Virus record (IMG/VR): IMGVR_UViG_3300035701_000010
Span: 1-64,000 of that record
Direction: 5' to 3' (one strand)
From: a virus
Length of the DNA stretch: 64,000 nucleotides
In this document: positions 26,859-38,400 of the stretch, piece by piece
Position numbering within the stretch: position 1 is the first letter of the stretch
Layout: each line of letters begins with the position of its first letter
Notes under the pieces: generated by a model
Told to the model about the DNA's origin: nothing
Seen by the model: only the letters and a program-made list of their open reading frames with translations
Database searches by the model: none
Translations under genes and position numbers: made by a program

Positions 26859-28185
26859 TTGTTCCCTCCCTTCTGGTTTCTACAACTTCTATAAATTTTA
26901 TGGTCATTATCCTAAAGAGTAAGTCTACGAGAATACCAATTTTACCTTCTTCATCTCTATTTTTATCAAGCCATAATTCTGCCTGCCTGTCATCTTCTTG
27001 TTCTTGGGTTTGACTGATAGTAATAACAATGTCAGAAAGTCTTGCCTTGTCATAGCTTTCACTGAAAGACTCTTGTCTTAGTCGAGTGCCCCTAGCAGAA
27101 GCTTTGGCATGGGTTGTGCAAAGGATTGGAATATCTCTTATTTCTGTCTGTCTTTTAATGTCGGTATAAACTCGCTTTACTCCTAATCTAAAGGATTCTT
27201 GATGTTTACTCGGAAGAAGATGGTCACCAGAATCGTAAATGATCATGTCTGGAATCCACCCTTCTCTTATTTGTATTGTTTTCAATAGCCCTTCAATATC
27301 TGCAACAGTAACGGTTTCTATAGGTGCGTGAATTACCTTCAAGTAGCCTTGCCTTAGTCGTCTTAGATTTCTCATAAGGTGGTTGGCTACAGCAAGGTCT
27401 GTCTTATTCCAGGAATAGTTTTTAAGAAGATGATACGGGTATCGAACAAACCGGCTATCATATCTAGCCAACGTTTGTTTCTCTGTATTTTCAAAAACAA
27501 AATGAGCTACTTTAAACCAAGAATTAACCGCAAAATACCCAAAGTTGACTGAAACGATAGATTTTCCAACCCCAGAAGTTCCCATAATGAGCACAAGGGT
27601 AGGAGTCTTGGCGGCAATGATTGCTCTTTCATCAAAAGGCCCAAATCCCATTTTAAGAAGCTTAGGTTTGGTGTCCAAAAAGGTATCTTTACGGGCACGT
27701 TGTCTTGTTTTCCACTCCTCGAATACAGAATGAACATTAAAATCGAGTCTAGAAATATCAAATAAGAATGAAGATTTAATCAAATTTTTGGCTTTGTCTA
27801 CTTCACCTTCAAACCCTAGGCTCGCGGCTTCCTCCAGCAATTTGCCGAATTGTTGTTTTTCGGCCCACTCGCCAACTTCTTTAATTAAATGTTTTGGCGA
27901 TTCAACTTCGCGTTCGAATAGTGGAATGATTTGATTGCGGTAGGCCGATTGAGTTTCTTCATCCTTGATATGCTTTTTGATGTCTATTAGAATAGATTTC
28001 TTTGAAGGTAATTCACCTTCAAATTCTTGGATATGCTCAAAGATTCTTTTGCATAAGAACCTATAAGCGGCAGTAGAAAATAGTGATGAGTCTATGACGG
28101 GCTGAAGAGTGTAAATGGATTGTTGATCTTTCAACATTAGTGAAAGAATATCTTTCTGTAAAATTTTCTCTAATTTTCCACTCAT
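26848..28185 (-). CDS. dnaB: DnaB-like replicative helicase
   Basis: GTSGVGKS Walker A, FEN, IIYD, ESYDKARLSD, LDKNRD. Confidence 0.88.
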   Translation of the reverse strand: MSGKLEKILQKDILSLMLKDQQSIYTLQPVIDSSLFSTAAYRFLCKRIFEHIQEFEGELPSKKSILIDIKKHIKDEETQSAYRNQIIPLFEREVESPKHLIKEVGEWAEKQQFGKLLEEAASLGFEGEVDKAKNLIKSSFLFDISRLDFNVHSVFEEWKTRQRARKDTFLDTKPKLLKMGFGPFDERAIIAAKTPTLVLIMGTSGVGKSIVSVNFGYFAVNSWFKVAHFVFENTEKQTLARYDSRFVRYPYHLLKNYSWNKTDLAVANHLMRNLRRLRQGYLKVIHAPIETVTVADIEGLLKTIQIREGWIPDMIIYDSGDHLLPSKHQESFRLGVKRVYTDIKRQTEIRDIPILCTTHAKASARGTRLRQESFSESYDKARLSDIVITISQTQEQEDDRQAELWLDKNRDEEGKIGILVDLLFRIMTIKFIEVVETRREGTNAN

Positions 28186-28736
28186 TTCCTTATCCCAGCT
28201 ATCGCTTTAGCTTTTTTAAGATCCTTAATAAATTCTTTCAAACGGTCTTTGTCATGTGATCTGGCCAAAAAAGAAGGATGGTAGGTATAAAGCAAGAGTT
28301 GGTTATGCCATTTCTCTGTCTTGCCTCTGTTTTGAATAACAGGTTCCTCTTTTCCAGTTAAGAATTTCCAAGGCACACGCCCCAATACTACTATCACCCG
28401 TAGGTTAGGAAGCGCATCGATTTGGCGATAGAGGTACTTGCTACAAGCTTCGAATTCAGATGGTAACGGAGGTCTATTTTGTGGCGGTCTGCATTTCACC
28501 AAATTGAGAATAATTACCTTTCTTTTAAGACGCAGAAGCCCTAAAATTTTTCTTAGCAGTCGGCCAGCTTTTCCAACGAAGGCAATGCCTGTTTCATCTT
28601 CTTCTCTTCCTGGGCCTTCACCTATGAACCCAAGTTGAGCGGTTGGAAATCCGTCACCCCATACGACTTGCGTTCTTGTTTTCCAAAGAATACAGTCCCT
28701 ACACTGATAATTGACAACGTCTTTAGGATATTTCAT
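28182..28736 (-). CDS. Uracil-DNA glycosylase family 4 (4Fe-4S)
   Basis: CRDC, IGEGPG-x-EED, FVGKAG, NLVKCRPPQNR-x-P, YHPS. Confidence 0.93.
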   Translation of the reverse strand: MKYPKDVVNYQCRDCILWKTRTQVVWGDGFPTAQLGFIGEGPGREEDETGIAFVGKAGRLLRKILGLLRLKRKVIILNLVKCRPPQNRPPLPSEFEACSKYLYRQIDALPNLRVIVVLGRVPWKFLTGKEEPVIQNRGKTEKWHNQLLLYTYHPSFLARSHDKDRLKEFIKDLKKAKAIAGIRK

Positions 28737-29392
28737 AGATGTTCTCTGAAAATGATACCCAAATTGTATAATGGTTCATTCATTCTGTCAGATACCATTC
28801 CGCCCGCTTTAAATTCTATTCTTGCAGGAGTTCTAATAATCCCTTGTTCATATTCTTCGAGTAATGTAAGCAGTTTTGTCAACCGACTAAGAGTATGCTT
28901 CTGGGCTTCATTTATATCTAGCACTTCTTTTTTAAGAAGATTATAGCTGGCCTTAAAACAATCTATCTTTGTTTTAGAAGTTTTCTTGCGCCTGATGGCT
29001 TTCATATTATTTTTTAATTCTTCAAGAAGGATCTTATTAGCTTCAATAGTTTCCGACACCTCAAGAATATCCTTCTTTACCTTTTTGTGGATTAGATTAT
29101 AATTGACTGGAAGGTGGCTATTGGTTGATTCAAAAAGAAAGATTCTGAAAAGGGTGATCAGTTCATTAATCGTTTCAGCTTCTTTTGAAGATGGATAGAC
29201 CCCCGTTTCATCATAGTCTTTTCTTTTATTTTGATCTGTTAAGAATGCATAGGCTTCGTTAATCTGTTTAAACTTTTCTTCATTTCCTCCCTCTACGTCC
29301 GGATGGTGTTGTTTGGCTAGTGTTCTGTACGCCTCCTTAATTTCTTCTTCGGTGGCATTTTTCTTAACGCCCAATGTTTTGTACGGATTCAC
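28733..29392 (-). CDS. J-domain (DnaJ-like) protein
   Basis: NPYKTLGV...IKEAYR-x-LA-x2-HHPD...FKQINEAY; GTG start overlaps upstream TGA. Confidence 0.9.
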   Translation of the reverse strand: MNPYKTLGVKKNATEEEIKEAYRTLAKQHHPDVEGGNEEKFKQINEAYAFLTDQNKRKDYDETGVYPSSKEAETINELITLFRIFLFESTNSHLPVNYNLIHKKVKKDILEVSETIEANKILLEELKNNMKAIRRKKTSKTKIDCFKASYNLLKKEVLDINEAQKHTLSRLTKLLTLLEEYEQGIIRTPARIEFKAGGMVSDRMNEPLYNLGIIFREHL

Positions 29393-29562
29393 TGTTTGCT
29401 CCTTTCTCCCATTTTTTCCAATGCTGTGCAAACTCTTCTTTTTCTGAGTTCTAACAGTCGTTCTCTATCTTTCAATGCTGTACGAATTTCGTTTAATGTT
29501 GCTCCGTTATCAAAATCTCTTTTACTTAGCCGGTCAAATTTTTTTACAGTCATTGCTTCCAT
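29389..29562 (-). CDS. Small hypothetical protein (57 aa)
   Basis: Manual translation MEAMTVKKFDRLSKRDFDNG...; stop overlaps DnaJ start. Confidence 0.55.
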   Translation of the reverse strand: MEAMTVKKFDRLSKRDFDNGATLNEIRTALKDRERLLELRKRRVCTALEKMGERSKQ

Positions 29563-29639
29563 TGAGTTCCCCTTTTTAGTAAGTTGCTAATGGCTATACC
29601 ATACAGGGTTGGAAATTAAAAGTAAAGGGCAAACTATGG

Positions 29640-30428
29640 CTATTCAAAGAATTGCTTCATAAACTCAAACTTGTCAGTCCGTAGATCATGCCCTTTAAAC
29701 TTAAATGAAAGAAAGGCTTCGTTCATTAAGCTTTCCATCGGAGCTCCAAAATTGGTAAAGATTTCATCGGTGGTTTGATAATTAGAGATGAGCAAGGTGG
29801 GCAATCCACTTTCAAAGCGTTGCTTACAGAGGCTAGTAAATTCTGCCACCATATGAGGAGTGACTCTTCCTACTAAAGAAAGTTCATCAATAATCAAGAA
29901 ATCTACTTCAATAATCTCTTCAAAGAGCAATTTTTTTGATTGATCTTCATAAGATTGGATTAAAAGACTGATTAGATCTTTGAAGAAAATATAAAATCCA
30001 TCGACTCGTTGTTTTAGAAGATTAAGAAGGATGTAGATGGCTGCCGTGGTCTTTCCAGTTCCCGCATCGCCAAAAAACATCATGCCTAGCCCTCGTTCTC
30101 TAGCTTCTTGAAACTTGGCAAGGTATCCGGCAACCACTTTTGTATAAAGGGGAACTCTTTTATTAGTAAAGAGATTAATTACGGCTCGCCTTTTGAGTGG
30201 AGTGGTAAGAAGATCTTGATGCTTTCTAGGAATGTTGGCAAGGACATAACTCTTTTTCTTCATAAAGAGTTTTTTGCATTTGCAGGTTCTTGTTTCAAAG
30301 GTAAATTTGTCAATCATTTTTCCAGTAGGATAAAACTCATATCCTTTACATATAGAGCACTCTTTGATAATTGGTTTGAGCCGAACAATTCGATGTTGAT
30401 AAGCCAGATATCGCATTTCTCTAGACAT
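29640..30428 (-). CDS. DnaC/IstB-like AAA+ helicase loader
   Basis: N-terminal CSIC...CKC, GDAGTGKTT, FLIIDEL, R...PTLLISN. Confidence 0.88.
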   Translation of the reverse strand: MSREMRYLAYQHRIVRLKPIIKECSICKGYEFYPTGKMIDKFTFETRTCKCKKLFMKKKSYVLANIPRKHQDLLTTPLKRRAVINLFTNKRVPLYTKVVAGYLAKFQEARERGLGMMFFGDAGTGKTTAAIYILLNLLKQRVDGFYIFFKDLISLLIQSYEDQSKKLLFEEIIEVDFLIIDELSLVGRVTPHMVAEFTSLCKQRFESGLPTLLISNYQTTDEIFTNFGAPMESLMNEAFLSFKFKGHDLRTDKFEFMKQFFE

Positions 30429-32251
30429 TATAACTCCCTATCCTTAAATCGTTCATCGATAGCAAGAGAAACTTGTTCTCTAATTAAATTTTTAATGGTT
30501 TTTTCACGAAAACAAATTGACAACTCAATAATTATAATTAATTCTGCAAGCGAAACATCTGTTTCAGACTGAGGATATTCGCCACGCATCCATTTGCTTT
30601 GACATGCTTTTTCTTTGGCAAGTTGAAACCGCAATGATTTTATTTGTTTTCCAATATTTTTCCAGGAGGTTACCTCATTCATTTCTTAGGCACTCCCGGC
30701 ATGGTGAGGAACCATTTTCGTACTTCTTTTGTCCAATGATTAGCACATCCTTCTGCTTCATCGTCCTCATAGAACCAAGGAAACTTGTCAACCCACTCCT
30801 CCCACTCCTTGCGTGTGGGCTTCGGTGGCTCCTGTTTGATGGTTCTTGTAGCCTTGTCATAAACCAATCGGCTGTTACCAGACTTTCGTTCAGGCTGCGG
30901 TGGCGGAAGATGAGAATCAATCATCGTTCCAAATTCATCTGACTCCTTCCCATGCATCTTGAGCCAGAGGACGGGGTCCATTGGAAAAGGCTGCTCATTC
31001 TCCGTGCCATCAGGGACAATGGTTCCACGTGTTCGCCTAATATCCTCTGGACTTGGCTGCTCCTTCTCCGTGCCTTTCTTGTCATAATTATCCTTGCAGA
31101 TTTTGCACGAAGGATCACTGTTTCCAGCAAAACATACACCTTGTTCTAAAACAGCAGGGCATGGCCTATTTTCTAGTGTCTTAGGTTGCTCCTTCTCCGT
31201 ACCGTGGAGTAGAATGTCAATGGCTCTGTCCAGCCTGTCAGGATAATCCCTAGAAAGGATATCCCAAATAGCCGGAAGTCGCTTCTTCAACTCGGACTCG
31301 GTGAATTCAATTACTTCAAACACTGAGTTTTGAGTTATTTCCAACCTAAACATTCTATCTCCCATGTCACTCCTCCTCTGCTACCTCATAAGCCGCATCA
31401 CGTTCTTCTGGAGACAAATCATAAAAATTATCTACTCCGGCTCGCTCACAGGCTGTCTCCGTTATGACTGCTCTCTCATCTGGATGTAAGTCCCAAAAAC
31501 CGTGATTGACTTTCATTTTACTCCTCCTTTGAGTTATCTTTGATAACTGAGTTATCTTTGATAACCTTTGTGGCAAGTTTCACTAAACCCATCTGCTCCT
31601 TTATTTGTTTTCGTAGGCGTTTTATTTCTGAAGCTGGAACGTAGCCCAATCTTGGATGGTAGTCATTGATTCCGAGTTTCTTTAACTTCATTGTCACTCC
31701 TCATACGTATTTGTGCAGCAGCTTGTATAGCCGCCACAACTGCTTCCATCAACGCTTCTATGATACGCTGTTCAGCTTTCCACTGCTGTTCTCTCTTTGT
31801 TAGTCCAAACATTGTTACTCCTCCTTATCTTGTCATATTCTTCCCGCCTATTTGGTCCTATAGAAAACGCATACTTATGCTGTATCCTATGGATTACTGA
31901 TCCGCTTGCACCTGTCCTTTCCTCTATATGGTATGGGTTTACGCCTTGCTCAAGGAGTTGCTTGATCCTGAGTTCCCTGGCTTCTATCTCTTTTTTTCGC
32001 ATACTCTTCCCTTAGGTTGTGGCGGCTTTCGCCTAATTATCCCACGCCCCTAGCTGCTTGAGAAATACCGAATACTTTTCCCCGCAGTCGCCACATAGTT
32101 TTCTTGCGTATCTGTGCCAGAAAGGATAACGGCCAACATAGGTATTTGCCCCACACCCGCAACAGATCGTTCCAGCTCTATTTTTCAAAAAATCTTCATC
32201 TGATTTCAGTATTTGTTCCAGAAAAGAAATAACAACTGGTACTTGCATCAT
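30428..32251 (-). other. Cluster of small hypothetical ORFs (30428-30682, 30679-31365, 31367-31516, two unlisted short ORFs between ~31517 and 31812, 31772-32002, 32033-32251)
   Basis: Tightly packed minus-strand ORFs, most with GGAG-type RBS. Confidence 0.6.
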
Positions 32252-32269
32252 GTCCCTCCACCGCCACGA

Positions 32270-32503
32270 ATATTGGGGCTTGGGGTGGGCCTCTTCCCCG
32301 GATTAAGCAGAATCACCGTCTTTACCGACCTGTCTAGCAGATCGTCCTCTCTGCCCCACCCCTCACCCCGTAAGGCTTGTGGGTTTCACTGCCCTTGCGA
32401 AGCTATTCAGCGTTCGTAGGGTTCTTACGTTAATCCCCACAAGCATCCCGCAGGTCGGTTTGCACGTATTCCGACTTTCGTATGCTCACCCCTTTTCGGG
32501 CTG
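32270..32503 (-). ncRNA. Candidate structured, pseudoknotted non-coding RNA
   Basis: GC-rich intergenic region with three perfect 8-9 bp long-range stems, two of them interleaved. Confidence 0.5.
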
Positions 32504-32510
32504 CGAGAAT

Positions 32511-33062
32511 TTATAAATGCTTATTAATTCGTTGTTTTACTTCCTCTGACATCAATGGATATCTGACAATTTTATCTTTTATTCCCAAGGTCTGGGCCTT
32601 AAGAGAGGTTTTGATTCCCCAAACCTGATGGTAATCATCTGGCCATCTCGAGTTCTTACGTCGCCATAAAAGGGGACGGGTAGCAATAAACCGTGCGAAG
32701 CGTTCGATATTAAAATCGCTGCATAAGAACCCAACAAAATTGCTATAGTCCCTTTGCCGCTTTTGCCAATGTAAATATTGATAGGTAGAAAAGTAGACAA
32801 AAGCACTATAGAAATTGATTGGAATATGATAAACGTTTTCAAGTTCTAATCGAAATTTTTTAAGTCTAATCAAATGCCATTTCGGCCAGAAACGAACCTT
32901 GGTGGCTTCATAGACCAAAGTAAGAAGCCAATTGTTTTTGTAGAGGGTAAACTTTTTCTTTCTGAGAAACTTTTTCTTTTCAGCCTCTCTCATCAATTTC
33001 CAGCGCATCATGGTTTTACGATTGTCATAAATGGTTTCTTTTTTGACTGGTGTTCGCTTCAT
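32511..33062 (-). CDS. Basic, aromatic-rich hypothetical protein
   Basis: ORF overlapping the helicase stop (ATGA). Confidence 0.65.
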   Translation of the reverse strand: MKRTPVKKETIYDNRKTMMRWKLMREAEKKKFLRKKKFTLYKNNWLLTLVYEATKVRFWPKWHLIRLKKFRLELENVYHIPINFYSAFVYFSTYQYLHWQKRQRDYSNFVGFLCSDFNIERFARFIATRPLLWRRKNSRWPDDYHQVWGIKTSLKAQTLGIKDKIVRYPLMSEEVKQRINKHL

Positions 33063-34711
33063 CTTGCCCTTTTCTCTTTGATTAATCTCACGTGAGGAAG
33101 TCGGTTCTTTACCAGTTGTTCCAGTTTTGCAAGAGAGTTCACAAATTTGAGTTCAAATTCTTCTTCAGATTCATATGTTTTAATTCTTTCTAAAGAGTGT
33201 TTAGCCAACTTTCCACTGTGTGTATCGCATAAATCAACCCAAAAAATTCTTTGCTCATCTTTTCTATCGATATCTTTTGATAGGGGTGATTTATATTTTC
33301 TTAAAATCCGCCCAAGCTGTTGTATAATACCGCCTTCAAATTTCTGACCCAACGCCCGAATACCAGCATTCGCTTCTGGAAAATCTATCCCCTCGTTGAG
33401 TATTCTAGTACAAATGAGAATTCGAACTTCGCCCTTTTTGAAAGCTTTTAGGGCTGGCTTTCGCACTATAATTTGGCTGTCCTGGCCTGTTAAATAGAGT
33501 ACCTTTTTTGGATCTATATCAGAACTAGAACAGATTAATTTCTTAATGAATTCTCCTTGTGCTTTTTCTTGCACAAAAAGAACGGTACTTAATTCGTACT
33601 TATAAAACAATACGGCGATGCGAGCCAGCACCGCATTTCTTTTTTGGTTGGCAGAAATGCCCTCTTTATATTCGGAATGCCATTCCATAGTTTTTTCTTC
33701 ATCTTCTATTTCTTTACCAGAAAATTCAAAAAGAATTAATGTGGGCTTGGCCAAATAGCCATTTCTAATCATCCAGGATAAACTTTTCTTAAAAAGAACT
33801 TTCCCAGTCACGGCCCGAAGAAGCATTCCTTCTCCACTGCTTCTCATATACGTTGCCGTTGTTCCAATTCTATAAACCGCATTGGTTGTTTTATAGAATA
33901 CAGCTTTGAATGTCTTAGCCGGAGAGTGGTGAGCTTCATCTAAATAGACAGCATTTGCGTTGACTAAAAGGTCATGAACTATCTCAGTTTTCATCGCAGG
34001 GACAAGAGTTTGATTTTTTGAAAATCGTTTTGGTGGAATAAGATAGTGATAAAGGCTTTCCACACTGGCCACAGTGATTCTTTTAATATCCCATTGACCT
34101 TCGCCAACAAACCCCACAGGTTCTCCTTGAAATTTTTCTATTTCTTCCTTGAGTTGTGAAAGAAGAGAAATTCCACTGGTCACGATAAGATGCTTAAAAG
34201 TGGGTTGATTTAGATCAAGACAAGAGATAATTAAATTGATAATTAATGTCTTACCAGAGCCAGTAGGAATATTAATAACTCCTGTTCTATTTTCTAATGC
34301 TGACTTTAAAGCTTGGAGTTGGTATGGTCTAGGAATGATCTGCGGATGATTAGATAAAACTTTTTGAATGGTGCCTTCTAAAATTTCGAGGGTTTTTCTC
34401 GTATCTTTTATCTGAAAAGAAAGATCCCGACTCTTTAGGGCTTTCAGAACTCTGCTTAACATTCCGGTTGGAAAAGTTTGAGATTTAGAGTTATAAAGGC
34501 GAATATAACCATCCCACCAATCATTTCTAAATGCGGCAGAGTATTGCGCTCCAGCTTGGAAATATCTTAATTCCTTATCTATGGCTTCGGTAGCTACAGG
34601 AGATAGACGACCATAGATTTTAGAATAAACGTTGCCTACGATAATTTGTAGAAGTTTATCAGACTTCAGACTGGCAACTTTAGAATTAGCAATTTTTTCT
34701 AGGATAGACAT
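33059..34711 (-). CDS. Superfamily 2 DNA helicase (UvsW-like)
   Basis: PRPYQ, IPTGSGKT, DEAHH, GTTAT, NEGIDFP, QQLGRILR. Confidence 0.92.
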   Translation of the reverse strand: MSILEKIANSKVASLKSDKLLQIIVGNVYSKIYGRLSPVATEAIDKELRYFQAGAQYSAAFRNDWWDGYIRLYNSKSQTFPTGMLSRVLKALKSRDLSFQIKDTRKTLEILEGTIQKVLSNHPQIIPRPYQLQALKSALENRTGVINIPTGSGKTLIINLIISCLDLNQPTFKHLIVTSGISLLSQLKEEIEKFQGEPVGFVGEGQWDIKRITVASVESLYHYLIPPKRFSKNQTLVPAMKTEIVHDLLVNANAVYLDEAHHSPAKTFKAVFYKTTNAVYRIGTTATYMRSSGEGMLLRAVTGKVLFKKSLSWMIRNGYLAKPTLILFEFSGKEIEDEEKTMEWHSEYKEGISANQKRNAVLARIAVLFYKYELSTVLFVQEKAQGEFIKKLICSSSDIDPKKVLYLTGQDSQIIVRKPALKAFKKGEVRILICTRILNEGIDFPEANAGIRALGQKFEGGIIQQLGRILRKYKSPLSKDIDRKDEQRIFWVDLCDTHSGKLAKHSLERIKTYESEEEFELKFVNSLAKLEQLVKNRLPHVRLIKEKRAR

Positions 34712-35192
34712 TAGTCTTTTCCTTTATTGAGGCCGGAGAAATCTACTCTTATGATTAATTCCGAACCTTTACGTTCAAAAGTAAAATATTCTAAAACAGA
34801 AGCGGCTATTGCTCCGGTTTGTTTTCTTATTTTATCTTCTACACGAGCACTGGCTTCTTTGGCTACTTCATTTACGATTTTAGCAACTTCTTGGTTGATT
34901 GCGGAAATAATTGAAGACACAATAGAATCGCTGGATGAACACTTGGTATCTGATATTCCTAGTCCCATATTTCCTCCTATAGACAACAGTGATATATTCC
35001 TCTTTGAATAATCCACCATTCGTTAATCATAGCGGTGCCTTCTCCTTTTTCTCTATCAAACGTAATTGATTTCTTGTCTACATCCGTATAAGCGATTTTC
35101 ATTTCTATTCCATCAATCTTGAGGGTGGCTGTGTGTTCCCAATCTACATTGCGAATCACTTCTTCAATTCTAACCAGAACTTTTTTAGCCAT
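34711..35192 (-). other. Two small hypothetical ORFs (34711-35019, 34977-35192)
   Basis: ORF track; AGGAGG RBS before 35192. Confidence 0.55.
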
Positions 35193-35493
35193 TTAATCCT
35201 CCTGTTGTAACAAAGTTATATACCACGCAAGATGGTCAGAGCATTAAGAAAAAATATTTTAAGGTGAAAGAGAGAATACAAAATCTTTTTGTTGTATCAT
35301 TAGTCTCTAAAACTGTATAGTTTCACTAGCAACGTTCAGAGAAAAACAATAATATAATAAGACTCTTCTTTTCTTCTCTTTCTTTATCTTTCTTCCTTTC
35401 TACACCTTCTTCTATGACTTTTTTGAATCACGGACTCTTCTCCAATCTCTCATCTAGCTTGATTCAAAATTTGATTACTTTTAAGCCTTTCTT

Positions 35494-38400
35494 TTATTCC
35501 TTTTCCTTCAAGGTTTCGATCGCATCGTCTATAGTTCTATTAATAAACCAATCATCATCATTCCACTGGACTGGGATGGTCATCTTAGGCGGTCTTCTTT
35601 CAGCGCACATGGCAGCCACCCTGTGTTGGCATTCCTTCAATCTTTCTAGAAGAGAGCCAGATTCCCTTACTTGGTCAACTAATTGTTTCTTTCTCATTAG
35701 CTTCCTCCTCGATAGGGGTGACCTGTGACAAATCGCCATAGTCAAAAACGTTATCATCATAATCTACCAAATAAATTCTATGGCAACACGTTAAAATAAC
35801 CTCACGCTGATAATTTGGATGATCTTTATCCCAATCAGAGATCGCTTGTGGCTTAATCTTAACGGCCCGTATTTGGCCCTTACAGATAGGACACGGAACC
35901 TTTAAAATGCTTTCTGCAATCATTTAGCAGTCCCTCCTTCTCCACAACATTCGTTAAAAAAGTTTTCGTTTTCTTCTTTCTCCCATGGAATGACCTTTTC
36001 TCCCACCACGGCATTAAAATCAATAACCTGTTGAAAATCTCCAGAATTTGACATAAGCCATTGAGTGACTTGCTTTCTGGTTACGGGCAGGCCCATGCTC
36101 AGGACGGCCCCTCTTGTGAGTTCGTAGGTCATCGTGGCTTTTCCGCCGATCCAAAGCAATCCCACCACCTCAATCCAATTTCTTTCAACCACAAATTTCA
36201 TTTGGTCCTCCTTTTTTATAATACACCTTTTTGCAATCATGACAGGAAAAATAAACGGGAATTAATGGAATATAAATTCTTCCAAATAATAATTTTCCAT
36301 TGGAAACGGAAAATTGACGATGAAAATGAAAAAGACAATGAGCTTGTAACTTAATCCAAGCCACAAGAAATTTCATTGTTATTTCCTCCCTTTAGGGCTG
36401 TTTAAGGTCCAGCATACAGTCTTGCAGACAGGACAAATAGGATGCCCCATATAGTTATCGACCTTTGACAGATCAAAGGTATGAAAGTTAGAGCAGCGAC
36501 TTATCGTTTGATTCTTTCTTCTTGAAGGATTTGGAACTTGACACCTAGAATGTCTTTCTTTCTTAAGGGGGGCAGAATCAAAAGCTTCGGGATAGACATC
36601 GCTTACGGCTTTTTCTGCTCTTTTTAGTTCTTCGGTGGTCGGAGTCCGGTTAAGAATTTCCATTAACGCAATGAAAATGTATTTATGAAGAATAGTCATT
36701 ACGTTCTCCTTTTGCTTACTTTCTTAGGGTACATTTTCATTTCTATATCTGCAAAAACATCAATTCTCTTTTTCGCCGCTTCTATTGTCTTCCACGTTTT
36801 TAGACCATAAGTGATGATTACATCTTTTGAAATACTGATAGCTCTATCTCTATAATAAATCGTATTGCCTTGCTTGCCTTTTAGTGTCATGATTTTCCTC
36901 CTTGTTTTTGAACCCATCGCTTTCTACATGCCCCTAAGGATTTTTGGTTGGGACAAGTTGGGCACTTCACGTTCCACTTATCTGCTCGATGCCAAAAGGT
37001 GCGCTTACATCGGTGACAAAACATCGTATGCTGGTTAACAACGGGGGTCCAAATAGTGTCTATGAGACTAATCTGATGCTCATCGAGCACTTTTTTTATC
37101 CTCTTTGTAGGTGCTGTTCCATCGCTGGCCGGTCTTAATATAGTGGATCGTTTGTTTAGAAATATGGTATTGATTAGCCAGCCTTGTTTGAATCCCCCAA
37201 TGCGGAAGGCTGGAGTGTAACGCTTCTCTTATTTCGTTGACTTGTGCTTGGGTCAATTTAGCACTACAATTCTTTTCGCCTTTTCTTTGGTACATCATCA
37301 CTCCTTTGTCGTACCGGATATTATTTCTATTAAAAGAGCGTCACATGAGGAACATGCGAAGGGATTAGATGAAGCAATCCAAGAAGTCGAACCTTTCTTA
37401 TCAGCTACTGGAGTTCCATCTGGTTCAAACATTCGAAATCTGTCTCCGGTAACTAATTCAGAAAAATCTATCTTCATCCATCGTTCGTTAACCCATACTT
37501 CTACTTTTCTTTGGGACATAACTGCTCCTTTAGAAAACCAAAGAGAACCTTTATGGTTACATCTATTTTGATATGTTCTGGAATCGCTGGCACTTGACAT
37601 GGTTCAGCAGTCAATTCAGTGAATTGTGGATCCTTTTCAATTTTTGAAGTATGATCAACTTCTTTAGTCAGTTCAGATTGAAGATTTTCTTTGGCGGATT
37701 CATCAGAAATGGTAATGGCTATTGGAGGATCTCTGAACGGTTTTGTTTTCTTGCCTATTTTCGGAATAATTTCAGTATTTGATTTTCTTTCTAATCTTTC
37801 TTTTCTTGATAAGATGATGTTTAAACTTCGAAAGGTGCCAACGGCATCTTCAACTGTTTGATCATCAAAAACGATGTGATATTCATAAACGTTAGCAGAG
37901 TTTGCTCGTCGCAACATGGTTGGAGGATGTTTGGTTGCGTTTAGGATCTTATATATTCTTGAATTCAAAGCAGTGACACTTGGATAGTGCCCTCCAATGG
38001 CCTTATAGAGTTGTGAAGTCGTAAACCACTGTTCTTTATCTTTGAAGTAAAATTCTAAAATCTGCCTTAGTGCATTTTTTTGTCTTTCTTCTGCCATTTT
38101 CGCTACCTCCTCCTGCGAATAGATTTTTGTGCTAATTACCCCCTTCGGACAATTTTCCCATTTAGTTTTTCTGTAGTGAGATATAATCTTTTTTGTTTCT
38201 CTTGTTGATTTTTTGACCTCTTTTTCAATTTCAGAAGTTTTTTCTTTTTCATCTTCTCCTTTCAAAAACTCCTTAAGAGAGATGGTCTTGCCGCCAATAC
38301 AGATGTTAATGCCATCCTTAGGATCTTGGCTCCCTTTTGGGTTTTCCATTTTCGTTCTCCTGGGTTACTGGCTTTTCCATTAATAAGATTTCTTCATCTC

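Noticed and set aside
31531-31566. Tandem palindromes GTTATC-TTT-GATAAC as operators
   Set aside because: Adequately explained as an 18-bp in-frame duplication (VIKDNS x2) at the end of a small ORF; no other copies noticed
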